Position numbers and translations under genes: made by a program
Notes under the pieces: generated by a model
The model's input: the letters and a program-made list of their open reading frames with translations, nothing else
Told to the model about the DNA's origin: nothing
Database searches by the model: none
Shown here: positions 14,001 to 24,100 of the stretch, in pieces
Position numbering within the stretch: position 1 is the stretch's first letter
Layout: every line of letters begins with the position of its first letter
Assembly (NCBI GenBank): GCA_040285825.1
Contig: JAUPSS010000002.1
Coordinates: 3,844,001-3,908,000 of the forward strand
From: Eukaryota sp. TZLM1-RC
Lineage: Eukaryota > Protista > Metamonada: BaSk clade
DNA: 64,000 nt
Direction: 5' to 3'

Positions 14001-17000
14001 AGTCAAATTAGTATTTGTTAATTCAAAGTGACCATCAGTAGCAGTTGAATCACGAACAAGAACAGTTTCTAAATCAATAGTAGAATCAGTAGCAACAATA
14101 GATTGAGATTGACAACCAACAACAACTACATCATCAAAATCAACATTAGATTTAACAAGGGTAATCAGAGGTTCATCATTAGCACATCCACTAATAACTT
14201 TACCATCAGAATCAACTGGACCTAAAGTTTTGACATTGTTGAAATCCAAGGTTGAATCATCAGCATTGATAAATGAACCAGTATCAGATTCATGGTGAAC
14301 AATATCAAAATCAGTAATGGTAATTGTGGAAGTTTTGGAATCAATAATGTTGCTGAATTTGGTATCGGAAAGGTCAACAGTTGTCAAGGTAAGCTCAGAA
14401 TCATCAATCAAAATGATTGAATCAGTGGTTGAATCTGAATCAGAAATACCAACATTGGTTCCAGTAACTTTAGTATTATCTTTAATATTGAAAACTTTAC
14501 CTTCCAGACCTTGGAAATTGGCATTATTCATATTCAAAGAAGTTTTGGTTAATTCAAAGTGACCATCAGTAGCAGTTGAATCACGAACAAGAACAGTTTC
14601 TAAATCAATAGTAGAATCAGTAGCAACAATTGATTGAGATTGACAACCAACAACAACTACATCATCAAAATCAACATTAGATTTAACAAGGGTAATCAGA
14701 GGTTCATCATTAGCACATCCACTAATAACTTTACCATCAGAATCAACTGGACCTAAAGTTTCGACATTGGTGAAATCCAAGGTTGAGTCATCAGCATTGA
14801 TAAATGAACCAGTATTAGATTCATGGTGAACAATATCAAAGTCAGTAATGGTAATTGTGGAAGTTTTGGAATCAATAATGTTGCTGAATTTGGTATCAGA
14901 AAAGTCAACAGTGGTCAAGGAAAGCTCAGAATCATCAATCAAAATGATTGAATCAGTGGTTGAATCTGAATCAGAAATACCAACATTGGTTCCAGTAACT
15001 TTAGTATTATCTTTAATATTGAAAACTTTACCTTCCAGACCTTGGAAATTGGCATTATTCATAGTCAATGTAGTTTTGGTTAATTCAAAGTGACCATCGG
15101 TAGCAGTTGAATCACGAACAAGAACAGTTTCTAAATCAATAGTGGAATCAGTAGCAACAATTGATTGAGATTGACAACCAACAACAACTACATCATCAAA
15201 ATCAACATTAGATTTAACAAGGGTAATAAGAGGTTCATCATTAGCACATCCACTAATAACTTTACCATCAGAATCAACTGGACCTAAAGTTTTGACATTG
15301 GTGAAATCCAAGGTTGAATCATCAGCATTGATAAATGAACCAGTATTAGATTCATGGTGAACAATATCAAAGTCAGTAATGGTAATTGTGGAAGTTTTGG
15401 AATCAATAATGTTGCTGAATTTGGTATCAGAAAGGTCAACAGTGGTCAAGGTAAGCTCAGAATCATCAATCAAAATGATTGAATCAGTGGTTGAATCTGA
15501 ATCAGAAATACCAACATTGGTTCCAGTAACTTCAGTATTATCTTTAATATTGAAAATTTTACCTTCCAGACTTTGGAAATTGGCATTATTCATAGTCAAA
15601 GAAGTTTTGGTTAATTCAAAGTGACCATCGGTAGCAGTTGAATCACGAACAAGAACAGTTTCTAAATCAATAGTAGAATCAGTAGCAACAATTGATTGAG
15701 ATTGACAACCAACAACAACTACATCATCAAAATCAACATTAGATTTAACAAGGGTAATAAGAGGTTCATCATTAGCACATCCACTAATAACTTTACCATC
15801 AGAATCAACTGGACCTAAAGTTTTGACATTGGTGAAATCCAAGGTTGAGTCATCAGCATTGATAAATGAACCAGTATTAGATTCATGGTGAACAATATCG
15901 AAGTCAGTAATGGTAATTGTGGAAGTTTTGGAATCAATAATGTTGCTGAATTTAGTATCAGAAAGGTCAACAGTGGTCAACGTAAGCTCAGAATTATCAA
16001 TCGAAATGATTGAATAACTTGTGGAGGTCGAATCACTTAATTTGAGACCTGAACAAACCAAATCAGACTTTTGAGTTACTGAAAACAAGGGTTTATGATC
16101 AGTTTTGCAAGAATTAATCTTGAGATCATTAGCATTAAGTTTGGAATTATCATCCAGAATTAACACCTGACCTTTTAAATCCACAAAATTAAAGCTATTT
16201 CCAGTTAAATCAGACCTTACAAAGTCAAAGTGTCCTTCGACTTTAGAATCCTTTAATGTTAGGTCACTTCCGGAAACTTTAGAATCTAAAGCCAAGAAAG
16301 TTTTCGTCTCACAAGCTGCGATAACCACATTGTCGATATTAAAAATGGAATTGTTTTCCAAAACAAATAAAGGCTCAGTTAAAGAGCAAACTGGCGAGTC
16401 TTGGACTTCGAAATTAGTGAGATCGACAGTAGAATAATCAGCAACAATGACAGATTCAGTGTAGGTAACTTGTGGCTTAATTACAGAGTTTTTGATTTCT
16501 ACGTAAGATTCTCTTAGATCAAACATAAATTGGGCCTTTACTTCATCATCCACAGTAAAGGAATAATCTTCGATATTAGTTTTTACTAATTTAAATGCAG
16601 ATTCAGTAATTGTAGTTTTTTCAGCATGAAGGTGAGAAATTGTAAGTGTAGATTCATCAGCCTTGATCAAGTTGTTGTAATCAGAACTTTCGATAAAAGA
16701 ATTAACAATGGAAAACTCAGAGGAAGTAACAGCTGTCATTGAATTTGAGTATGAGGAATCCTTAATATTGACATCTTGAAGCAAAACCTCTGAATCTTGC
16801 TTGACCTCAAACAACTGACCAGTTAAATTGGACATTTTGGAATTAGTATGAGTGAATTTAGAATTAGTAAACTTAAAATGTGGGCTTACAGAAGCATCTT
16901 TGAAGTTAACATTGCTTGCATCAATATCTGAATCAGTTGCAACCATTGACTTTGAACTAAAACTACTATAGTGATTATCTTCTAAATCCAAAGTTGATCC

Positions 17001-20000
17001 TTGTAATCTGAACAAAGGTCTGCTGATTGAACAGTCAATAACTCTACCAAGAGAGGCAGAAATGTGATTGATATTTACATTAGAGAAAGATAATTGGTCA
17101 CTATCATTATCGTCTAAGATACCTCCAGAATAACCAAATGAATGGGTAATATCAAAATTATTGACCGTAATGGTAGATTTGGAAGTCTTGAAGATACTCT
17201 CCAAGCAAGATTCTTGAATTTTGACAGTAGTAAAAGTAACTTCAGAATCTGAAGAACTAATGACATGATCATTTGAAATAAGATTGAAATCAACATCACT
17301 GAAAGAAACAGTAGAATCATCTCCAATTTCAGAAACAGTACCAGTGAGATTTGAAAATACTGAACGATCAAAGGTTACAACAGAAGAGGAATCAAATGAT
17401 AAATGGCCATCTACAGAGGAATCAAAAACTTCAAAATCTGAAACCTGAATTTTCGAATTAACAGTATCAAATGTCTTTGATTTAAATCCAGAAACTTTAG
17501 AATTAGTTATATTCACTGTTGGACAATCATTAAGTTTAAATAAACTAGAAGTGATAGAACAACTTACTGGGTTGGAGGTTGAAGAGCTCTGGTGGAGAGT
17601 CTTCAGGTTTGTTATAATTATATTTGATTCGGAACCGTCAATTAAACCACCATTATAACCACTGAAGTGAATTGATTCAAAGTTATTGATGTCAATGACT
17701 GAATTATCTGGCTGAATAAACGACTGAGTACACGAATCAGTTAATTTGGTATCACTAAGTGTTACCTTTGAATCTCCTTCAACAACAAAGGCTCCATTAG
17801 AAGTGGTAGAAAGAGAAATGAACTGAGAATTTGAAAATGAAACAAGCGAATTATCCTTGATATTGAAGGTGGAACCAGTAAGGTTATGGAAAGTTGAGTC
17901 TACAAAATCAACAGTGCTAAATTCAAAGAAGAGATGTCCATTTGTATTGGAGTCAAATACTTCAACATTAGAGATAGTGACCTCAGAATCTTTTGAATCA
18001 AATGTACTGGACCTAAAACCAGAAACCTTGGAATTGCTTAAATCAAAAGAAGGGGTGCTTCTAAGTTTGAAAATAGGGGATTCAATACTACAACTAACTG
18101 GATTAGGAGAGGAAGAGCTTTGGTGAATGGTTTCAAGGTTAGTTATAGTGATTTTAGAATCGAAACTATCAAATAAACCTCCATTATATCCATTGAAATT
18201 ATAAGAATTCATATTTGTAACAATAGATTCAGAATTTTTGGAAGAAATAAATGATTTAACACACGAATCGTACAAATTTGAATCTGAGAGAATTAATTCA
18301 GAAGTGTCCTTGTTAACAATAGCACTAGTAGTGGGAGATTTAAGAGAAACAAAATCTGAAGCAAGAATTTCCACCTTGGAATTATCAGAAATATCAAATA
18401 CTTTACCTTCTAGTTCTGTAAACTTACTATTTGTAAACTTAATATTAGAATCAATAACCTCAACATGACCATTATTGTTGGACTGTTCTACCACAAAATC
18501 TTCAAAATCTATGGTAGAACCTGTGATTCTTAGAGAAGCAACAGAACAAGAAAGTAAATTAATGCCCGTAAACGTCATATCAGAGTCAGTGACTGAAAGT
18601 AAAGGAGCATCGGAAGAAGGACAGGGAAACTTTACAGTGTTGTTGGCACGTTTGACATCCCATTCGACATTATAAAACTCATAAGGCAAAGTGGCAGATG
18701 TAAATTCACCAGGTAATACCCAAACTGTGCCTTTTTCGCCCATTCTTTCCTTAATTCGGCCAAATGTTTGACACGGTCTTTCTACAGTGCCGCAGCATCT
18801 GTTGTCTGTGCCTATATGCTGGATATACGATACTTTTTGTAGATCAGGAATGATGGGAGAGCTGATAGTGATGATTAACTCATCTGAATGGTACTCATGA
18901 TCAAGGAAAGTCGCACATTTGAAGTTTGTATTTGCAAAGTTACCACTGAATGAACTATACTTCAATACAGCAAACCCGTCATTTCTACCAATAGGCTGCA
19001 TAGTGAAGGAAACATCCAAAGTTCCGCCCAAAGTTACATGTCCTGTACTATAAACTCTTGCAATTGAAGACGCATCGTAAATATAGGCATGAAGAGTTGC
19101 AGTACTTTGAAGTACCAGATCAGCTTCTACTTCAAGTTTATCATGTGGATAAATTTCGCCATAAATGTGGGTTTTGTGCAACAAAGACCCATAACCTGAT
19201 ATCCACTTGGATTGTTTAACAACAATAGTGTGATCAGAATCAATAGACGCATCATCTTCCAGTTTTACATGAGATCCAAGATCAAATTCAGTGGCAAACA
19301 GACTGACAGCTGACAAGGTAAGGTTCTTTTGAGTAATCAATTTTAATTGTAAATCAGTGTTTGCGTTAATATTAGTAAAACCATGTACATTTAAAGAAGA
19401 CCTTCTGGAACTACTACCATGACCTGATGAAGTCACAGTGAAAGGAGAAGACACGGTAAAATCTTTTTTTGAAATTATTTGAGCAGAATCCCCAATATCC
19501 ATACTAGAGGAACCCACAATGGAAAGAGGTTCAAGGAAAGTTAGTTTAGAGTTAGAGTGAATGGAGAGTGAAACATCATCTAAAGAAAATGGTTCCTCAA
19601 CCGTTAGATCATTAGCATAAATACTACCCCCAATCCATTCTAATTTACGCACAGTATAGGCATTATTATTGCAAAAGTTCAATCTACCACCACTCACGGT
19701 TGCTGAGTCAAGGTGACGTGGCGAAGAAGGACACTGAAGTGAGCAAGTACCTCCAGAAACTGAAAAAAGAGTAGCAGAATTCGTATTAATTTGACCATTT
19801 GAAATAGTAGTTGTGCCAGAAGTTTGAGTAAATGTAGCACTATTTAGATTAAATGTACCAACTGACAATGAAGCAGAACCTCCACGGTTTCTAAAGGTTC
19901 TGGAACTTGGTATAGTTAAAGTATTAACATTATTAATATCAAAAGAACCAGATCGAATATCAGTATTTCGAAGGGTAAGAGTTCCATCAATATTGGAAAA

Positions 20001-23000
20001 TTGTGCACTGCCCGAGCTTCCAGAATTCAATTCAAAGTCATGAATAAAAACATCTTGTTGACAGGCTGAAATTTTAAACTCTGAACTTGAATAAACGTGT
20101 ACCTTGGAATCAAAATTCATTGTACCACCAGAAATATCAAAATCTGAATTTGATAGGGTGACCTCTCCGCCAATAGTAGTAACTTGCATATTATTACCAA
20201 ATACTACTTTTGAATTTTGAACAGCCGAGACTATGCCTGGAATGGAAACATCTCCTGAAACTTCTCCTACTTCAAATTTACAATTCTCTAAATCCAAATA
20301 CTTGGCATTCATATTTCCACCAATTGAATTAATTTTGAAGACACCCCCCTTACAATCTGCAATAATACCTAAAGGAACTTCAAAATCACCACCAACATCA
20401 CCAATTTCCACATCACAATCCTGGATGTTCATCTTGTCTACATTAAAATTTCCACCAATACTATCTAGCTTCAGAGTGCCACCATTACAATTAATTACAC
20501 CATCAACTGTGAAATCATCATTAATATCAGGAAAATGAACATCTTGATCTTCACCAATTTCGAAATCATCACGAATGTCAACAGAACCGCCTGAATGTGG
20601 TAAATCTACGGTACCTCCATCTTCAATTACGACCTTTCCTATATCTACATCACCATCAACGTCACCGATAGAGATATCACCACCAACTACTAGATCATCA
20701 ATGGTTAAATCGCCATCAACTTTACCAATATCTAGGTCACCATCCTTATCAATAACAACATTTCCAAGATCTACATCACCATCAACCTCATCTACAGTGA
20801 AATCGCCACCTACTTCTAAATCATCAATAATCAAATCTCCACCGACATCACCAATTTCAGTAGTACCATCTTCTTGAATAAACTCATCTATTTTAAGGTC
20901 TCCATCAGTTTTGAGAATACGTAAAATAGAATCGTCAAGCTGCAAAACCTTTTCCCAATGAACGTCCTGTTTAATGTGGTAAAAGGTAATTTCAGAAGTA
21001 TCAGTTAAATGAAGGAAATCCAATTCGGAAACAGTAGTTGATTGATCCTGGTGAAAATGATATTGTACATCGTTTTTAGATCTAATAGAATCTAATAAAA
21101 ACTTACCAGGTTCATTGAAAATTGTACTGGAATAAGATTGTTCATAATGAGGGTTCATCAGAGAATCACCATCAATTTCTAATACTGATTGGGAACTTTC
21201 TAATTCAATTATACCAGGATTACTGCCACTAGATACAATATTAGAACCACTTCTGCAATGAAGGTAATCTTCCCAGAGTAAAAGCTTAGCATTGTGGCGT
21301 AAATTAAGATTACCACGAACTCCATGTCTGTTACTACGAGTATTATTGTACATTAAACGAAGGTTATTATTGTCATGAACAGTAACAGTAGATTCACTTT
21401 GGGATTCAAATAGTAACCGAACATTGGTGGTTGCGGCATTTGAGTTTGATCGTTGTTTTGTTAAAGTACCAGAATGAGCATTAATCATTGGAAAATTACC
21501 AGATTTTAGGTTGTAAGAAACAATTTCAATAGTGTCCTGAATACGCATAGTACCTCTATTTTCAAGGACTACCCCCGTTTCAAGGTAAAGATAGGGTAAA
21601 TGAAAGGTGCCTGGAATTGTCCCTTTTCTTCCAATTAACATGGTTCCATAATTGGTGATTTTGGAATTATGGCGGAGAAAGTTGAAAATAGTAAGGAAAG
21701 AGTCACTTCCAGAAGTACTAAACTGAGGTAACAAAATATCAGAAGCATGCATTTGAAGGTTTCCACTAACAGCAGTCCAAGTTCTTCCAATAATTCTGCC
21801 ACGTGTCAGTGAAACACTTTCACAATTAATATAACCACTTCCATCTAATTGCAAATAGCCATCTACAATATCAATATTACCCAAGTTGATTGTACCACCA
21901 GTAGTGATTCTAACTGAGCCATGATTAATGTTGAGATTTGTAGTTGTAGAGAATGAGCCAGTAATAGTCAAATGACCTCCATTATTTACATTGACAGTTG
22001 AGGCTGATACAGAAGACCAAGTGGTGGTACCAGTAACAGTAGAAGTCGAAGTGAGAGGTCCAGTTGTTAAAGGAGTCATAATTTTCTTAATTTGACCTTT
22101 AACGACAGAATCAGTAAGAAAATCTTGTTTTAAATTTGTTGATAATACAGAATCTTGAGGCAAAATCAACCTTGTCGTGAGCTTGGAGACTGGCGAAGCA
22201 ATACTACTGACAAGAGTGGAACCATGGATAAAAGTACTATTAGAGACAATTATATCAAACTTTGTTTCAATCCTGGCATTATTAAAGAGTACCAACTTTC
22301 CTTCAACTTTAAGGGGGGTATTTAAAACAACAACTTTGGTAGTGTTGATGTAGAGTGAGCCCAGAACTGTTAGATATTCAGCGGTGATTGATCCATCAGT
22401 CCAAACAACATCGCCATTGAGAACAACTTCATAGTCAGAGAAGAAGTCTTCAGAAATCAAGGGGCTTGAGAAGACTTCAGCAGAGGGGTGATCAGGGTAA
22501 TCAGTATCAAAGTCTGGAATATCAACTTCGCCTCCATCTAGAGGAATGGTAAGAGTTGTCAAGTCAAAGGTCGCTTCAGGGCTGAATTGAACAAGAGAGT
22601 GTTGAACCAGTGGAGATGTACGGAGAGAGGAACAAGTACTGCTGTCAGTGAAGACAAGACTTGAATAGGGGGACAGAGAAGTAATACCGGAGAGTTCCCA
22701 GTTTCCAGACATATAGAGGCGTGATGATTGTGAGAGGGTGACGTCCGCCGACCCTGTGATAGTTGATCCTACTGAGGAAGTGTTGGAAAACACTACAGAG
22801 CTGGAATCGGGGAAATCGAGATTCACCTCAAACGAACCTCCATTGGCGAAGAAGCTGTGGGCGGCTTTGAGGGACACGTCAGGCGGAGCTGAGAGTAGCA
22901 ACCCTGAGTGAGTTGTTAGCGATGATACAGTGACTGACTCAGTGATGACCACACTGTACTGATAGTGACATGGAGCAAATACGACACTGCAATCAGCACA

Positions 23001-23126
23001 TGGCACCTTCTTTCCTTCCCAATTTTTGGCAGCAGACCAAGAACCATCATGACATGACTTCCAGTAATACTCTTGGGCAGCAGTTGCCAGAGAGCACAAG
23101 TAAAGGAAGAATACGAGCTTATACAT
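8028..23126 (-). CDS. Giant (~5,030 aa) surface membrane protein: signal peptide, beta-solenoid/Pmp-like repeats, Cys-rich GCC2/ephrin-receptor-like repeats, multi-pass C-terminal TM region
   Basis: Uninterrupted ORF; first ATG at 23126 gives a signal peptide (MYKLVFFLYLCSLATAA). FxxN/GGA(I/S) motifs (FRNNRGYEGGCA, AFRAGGAIY), CxxCPxG repeats, about 7 hydrophobic helices at the C-terminus. Confidence 0.9.
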   Translation of the reverse strand: MYKLVFFLYLCSLATAAQEYYWKSCHDGSWSAAKNWEGKKVPCADCSVVFAPCHYQYSVVITESVTVSSLTTHSGLLLSAPPDVSLKAAHSFFANGGSFEVNLDFPDSSSVVFSNTSSVGSTITGSADVTLSQSSRLYMSGNWELSGITSLSPYSSLVFTDSSTCSSLRTSPLVQHSLVQFSPEATFDLTTLTIPLDGGEVDIPDFDTDYPDHPSAEVFSSPLISEDFFSDYEVVLNGDVVWTDGSITAEYLTVLGSLYINTTKVVVLNTPLKVEGKLVLFNNARIETKFDIIVSNSTFIHGSTLVSSIASPVSKLTTRLILPQDSVLSTNLKQDFLTDSVVKGQIKKIMTPLTTGPLTSTSTVTGTTTWSSVSASTVNVNNGGHLTITGSFSTTTNLNINHGSVRITTGGTINLGNIDIVDGYLQLDGSGYINCESVSLTRGRIIGRTWTAVSGNLQMHASDILLPQFSTSGSDSFLTIFNFLRHNSKITNYGTMLIGRKGTIPGTFHLPYLYLETGVVLENRGTMRIQDTIEIVSYNLKSGNFPMINAHSGTLTKQRSNSNAATTNVRLLFESQSESTVTVHDNNNLRLMYNNTRSNRHGVRGNLNLRHNAKLLLWEDYLHCRSGSNIVSSGSNPGIIELESSQSVLEIDGDSLMNPHYEQSYSSTIFNEPGKFLLDSIRSKNDVQYHFHQDQSTTVSELDFLHLTDTSEITFYHIKQDVHWEKVLQLDDSILRILKTDGDLKIDEFIQEDGTTEIGDVGGDLIIDDLEVGGDFTVDEVDGDVDLGNVVIDKDGDLDIGKVDGDLTIDDLVVGGDISIGDVDGDVDIGKVVIEDGGTVDLPHSGGSVDIRDDFEIGEDQDVHFPDINDDFTVDGVINCNGGTLKLDSIGGNFNVDKMNIQDCDVEIGDVGGDFEVPLGIIADCKGGVFKINSIGGNMNAKYLDLENCKFEVGEVSGDVSIPGIVSAVQNSKVVFGNNMQVTTIGGEVTLSNSDFDISGGTMNFDSKVHVYSSSEFKISACQQDVFIHDFELNSGSSGSAQFSNIDGTLTLRNTDIRSGSFDINNVNTLTIPSSRTFRNRGGSASLSVGTFNLNSATFTQTSGTTTISNGQINTNSATLFSVSGGTCSLQCPSSPRHLDSATVSGGRLNFCNNNAYTVRKLEWIGGSIYANDLTVEEPFSLDDVSLSIHSNSKLTFLEPLSIVGSSSMDIGDSAQIISKKDFTVSSPFTVTSSGHGSSSRRSSLNVHGFTNINANTDLQLKLITQKNLTLSAVSLFATEFDLGSHVKLEDDASIDSDHTIVVKQSKWISGYGSLLHKTHIYGEIYPHDKLEVEADLVLQSTATLHAYIYDASSIARVYSTGHVTLGGTLDVSFTMQPIGRNDGFAVLKYSSFSGNFANTNFKCATFLDHEYHSDELIITISSPIIPDLQKVSYIQHIGTDNRCCGTVERPCQTFGRIKERMGEKGTVWVLPGEFTSATLPYEFYNVEWDVKRANNTVKFPCPSSDAPLLSVTDSDMTFTGINLLSCSVASLRITGSTIDFEDFVVEQSNNNGHVEVIDSNIKFTNSKFTELEGKVFDISDNSKVEILASDFVSLKSPTTSAIVNKDTSELILSDSNLYDSCVKSFISSKNSESIVTNMNSYNFNGYNGGLFDSFDSKITITNLETIHQSSSSPNPVSCSIESPIFKLRSTPSFDLSNSKVSGFRSSTFDSKDSEVTISNVEVFDSNTNGHLFFEFSTVDFVDSTFHNLTGSTFNIKDNSLVSFSNSQFISLSTTSNGAFVVEGDSKVTLSDTKLTDSCTQSFIQPDNSVIDINNFESIHFSGYNGGLIDGSESNIIITNLKTLHQSSSTSNPVSCSITSSLFKLNDCPTVNITNSKVSGFKSKTFDTVNSKIQVSDFEVFDSSVDGHLSFDSSSVVTFDRSVFSNLTGTVSEIGDDSTVSFSDVDFNLISNDHVISSSDSEVTFTTVKIQESCLESIFKTSKSTITVNNFDITHSFGYSGGILDDNDSDQLSFSNVNINHISASLGRVIDCSISRPLFRLQGSTLDLEDNHYSSFSSKSMVATDSDIDASNVNFKDASVSPHFKFTNSKFTHTNSKMSNLTGQLFEVKQDSEVLLQDVNIKDSSYSNSMTAVTSSEFSIVNSFIESSDYNNLIKADESTLTISHLHAEKTTITESAFKLVKTNIEDYSFTVDDEVKAQFMFDLRESYVEIKNSVIKPQVTYTESVIVADYSTVDLTNFEVQDSPVCSLTEPLFVLENNSIFNIDNVVIAACETKTFLALDSKVSGSDLTLKDSKVEGHFDFVRSDLTGNSFNFVDLKGQVLILDDNSKLNANDLKINSCKTDHKPLFSVTQKSDLVCSGLKLSDSTSTSYSIISIDNSELTLTTVDLSDTKFSNIIDSKTSTITITDFDIVHHESNTGSFINADDSTLDFTNVKTLGPVDSDGKVISGCANDEPLITLVKSNVDFDDVVVVGCQSQSIVATDSTIDLETVLVRDSTATDGHFELTKTSLTMNNANFQSLEGKIFNIKDNTEVTGTNVGISDSDSTTDSIILIDDSELTLTTVDLSDTKFSNIIDSKTSTITITDFDIVHHESNTGSFINADDSTLDFTNVKTLGPVDSDGKVISGCANDEPLITLVKSNVDFDDVVVVGCQSQSIVATDSTIDLETVLVRDSTATDGHFELTKTTLTMNNANFQGLEGKVFNIKDNTKVTGTNVGISDSDSTTDSIILIDDSELSLTTVDFSDTKFSNIIDSKTSTITITDFDIVHHESNTGSFINADDSTLDFTNVETLGPVDSDGKVISGCANDEPLITLVKSNVDFDDVVVVGCQSQSIVATDSTIDLETVLVRDSTATDGHFELTKTSLNMNNANFQGLEGKVFNIKDNTKVTGTNVGISDSDSTTDSIILIDDSELTLTTVDLSDTKFSNIIDSKTSTITITDFDIVHHESDTGSFINADDSTLDFNNVKTLGPVDSDGKVISGCANDEPLITLVKSNVDFDDVVVVGCQSQSIVATDSTIDLETVLVRDSTATDGHFELTNTNLTMNNANFEGLEGKIFNIKDNTKVTGTNVDISDSDSTTDSIILIDDSDLTLTTVDLSDTKFSNIIDSKTSTITITDFDIVHHESNTGSFINADDSTLDFTNVKTLGPVDSDGKVISGCANDEPLITLVKSNVDFDDVVVVGCQSQSIVATDSTIDLNTVLVRDSTATDGHFELTNTNLTMNNANFEGLEGKVFNIKDNTKVSGTNVGISDSDSTTDSIILIDDSELTLTTVDLSDTKFSNIIDSKTSTITITDFDIVHHESNTGSFINADDSTLDFTNVKTLGPVDSDGKVISGCANDEPLITLVKSNVDFDDVVLVGCQSQSIVATDSTIDLETVLVRDSTAHDGHFELTNTNLTMNNANFEGLEGKIFNIKDNTKVTGTNVDISDSDSTTDSIILIDDSELTLTTVDLSDTKFSNIIDSKTSTITITDFDIVHHESNTGSFINADDSTLDFTNVKTLGPVDSDGKVISGCPNDEPLITLVKSNVDFDDVVFAGCQSQSIVATDSTIDLNTVLVRDSTATDGHFELTKTSLTMNNANFQGLEGKVLNIKDNTNVSGTNVGISDSDSTTDSIILIDDSELTLTTVDLSDTKFSNIIDSKTSTITITDFDIVHHESNTGSFINADDSTLDFTNVKTLGPVDSDGNVISGCANDEPLITLVKSNVDFDDVVVVGCQSQSIVATDSTIDLENVLVRDSTATDGHFELTNSNLTMNSANFQGLEGKVFNIKDNTKVTGTNLEFVSIDAINEFIISVSNNSTATLTRIHYNNVQAIYLLYSTNSSTFVNHITVYSSQFSGATFDFVDSTVIIDHYAVDYDYQSKHLITSLDSAVTVNNTVIAPQRSYLNSLIISTNSNIYLDKIVTSSIFNYSSVVKVVEWRHQYPLIFSTNSNYEVTHSTITNSGAKAVVSSNSNFKFNNVIFTNSSTDVHLDLIHSTLDFSHVLVCNNSRGILASLRSDSDFTSFNFTLRDSKQSDYFIFVDSSKISLDDTFIINSKSPRLLNTLGSEVLINDLFINDSEFSHTTHYFVSSKASLNLKNVEYNYIAGHYVESYHSDLQISDFSINENVVFIEAMVKSVSSTYKLTKMSTSNYDSPLFSSFKSDLIFTLCSFDKITLTHHHSSFEFFGSNLIFDQVSVSNSRVESTDILPIVYCSQSKLLMKDSNVNNNFGVMFYSNKDSIFVLENSLFESNESPLSPIILEEVSLGLIHRMNVFRNNRGYEGGCASVLNSVNFTCQSNLFSGSFANRDGGSLNVRSSRSISTARIVDNSFVGSHAFRAGGAIYLNYRPYPKEEDLSNNFQDCQAYDWGNDIATDPRHIELEWVDPESIAYRRDLSVHVTDYYHVRAWVRSEYVDQLNLYPISGDVLLQGPPTTRQVSNWMLRTVITMRGIPGNYTLFVGLPGLEPAEITFYTGSCPLGHGISGPQCVPCREGTRSSPNGNSTCINCPAGQWSHQGSYDCYPCPIGSFRPDDRSPACQACPVGSIAPEVGSKECKLCGYRQVNDHGRSECECISSYLAGSDSEGNLDCLPCPLGLTCFGSDATCVMPGYWSDISDLRSENSTGSNGGSNFYKCQHAGCLGSCVDGFMPEASDLSSSDLCDEYHTGPLCLECIDHSYMMAGRCVTCGGFIQESTTLGVSTVAYFIFVYAIVTQGARIGMFLNVFRFLQMILSTIIMSNITIHSYLLPIYGVLKSIFLDIWKTVPLMCLDLLPRSYSTTLIGSIGVLLATVLFVKIVKPKDPDTGYSSRQYTAEVLYVFLLLFLPSLIHLAFGLFSCLSVDGQFIVEADASENILKCYTLDWYMLVGIVALAFIVFSWLLVKFNTTRCDQEATFKNTLDVSGLFGYRKMSYEKMFLLSTSAITGILWLFPSGMVRLAASIIVTLGSIALICKCAPYKDNKLNYASVVSFGVLLIVIFFSFSIELSRFSRHFVWETDTFGSFSIGLLPLLWTLVLIGASIRGFTTAPVTSLQQGKFVYVTNPLNNPMLKSTLSVGRLNC
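11801..15993 (-). repeat. About 8 near-identical 531-bp (177-aa) coding tandem repeats in the giant protein
   Basis: Antisense shadow ORFs recur at exact 531-bp spacing (12193, 12724, 13255, 13786, 14317, 14848, 15379); the protein unit ...LTTVDLSDTKFSNIIDSK...GCANDEPLI... is repeated. Confidence 0.95.
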
Positions 23127-23523
23127 CGTGTGAGTCACGAAAAACGAATTGTATAACGTCAACCTGACCTGGACTTATGTTTCCAAATTTATTCTCTCAA
23201 TTCAACCTCTTGATCACAGTACAGATATCTATGCTCTTCATTGTGGTAACAAAAGAAATGATGCAATCACATCAGTGTTCTCTATTACACTTAATCCAAT
23301 TCATTTATGATGCTGCAATATGTCGATAAGCTTCAAACGAGTAAAAGACTAAAAGAAGAACCACTTTGCTGCAGCAGACACCATTGACCTGTTTATTGGG
23401 GTTTTTTCTAGGTATACTGGGCCAAACGTCAACTATTTTCACACATCTTGGTTTAGGGACACCCGATTATATTGGACTGATTCTTCTTCTAGGTTTAAAG
23501 TAATTAACTTCAATATTGATAGC

Positions 23524-23817
23524 TAGAGTTGGGCAAAACTTGACTTGAACACGAAATGAAACAGCTGAAGTGGTGTACCATATATCTGTTAAAGATAAGA
23601 TTTCTATAAGATGTCTTCCAGAACTAAAACATTTTTATTCATCCAACACTTTCAAACAAGAAACAACATATAATGGAACCTACATTTTATCTATATTTTA
23701 AATTAGTTTGATCAACTCAAAATATACTCCAACTGGAGACAGGTAGTCGAGTACTTGTGCACAAGTTAGTTAGTTAGTAGCAACTTGTGTTTTTAGGTCG
23801 AGCTTTGCCCAGCTGTT
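23524..23817. mobile_element. Possible degenerate hAT-like MITE
   Basis: Imperfect terminal inverted repeats tagagttgggcaaaacttgactt / aggtcgagctttgcccagctgtt and an internal palindrome acttgtgcacaagt. No matching TSD. Confidence 0.3.
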
Positions 23818-24100
23818 TTTCAGTCTCTATTCACATTATATGTCCCTTACTAAGGGTTAATTTTCGAAGCATTAGCTTAAATACATGAACAGTAGAAGTA
23901 AGGCTGACCTTTGTTGTTTTGTGTGTGGAAGGGTCGATATCAACTTAATGGAAAATATGTAAAATATTCCTCAATGATACCATTTCATTTCATAAGTTAA
24001 AAAACAATGAAACTCACAGTGTAAATAAATGAAGAGATTTGATTCAATTGAAATGTTTCAAAGTTGGACTTGGGTCATCTTCAAGTTCAAATGGTACTTG

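Noticed and set aside
12193-20877. Plus-strand ORFs (seven 81-aa copies and others) within the giant gene
   Set aside because: Antisense shadows of the 5,000-aa minus-strand ORF and its 531-bp repeat.
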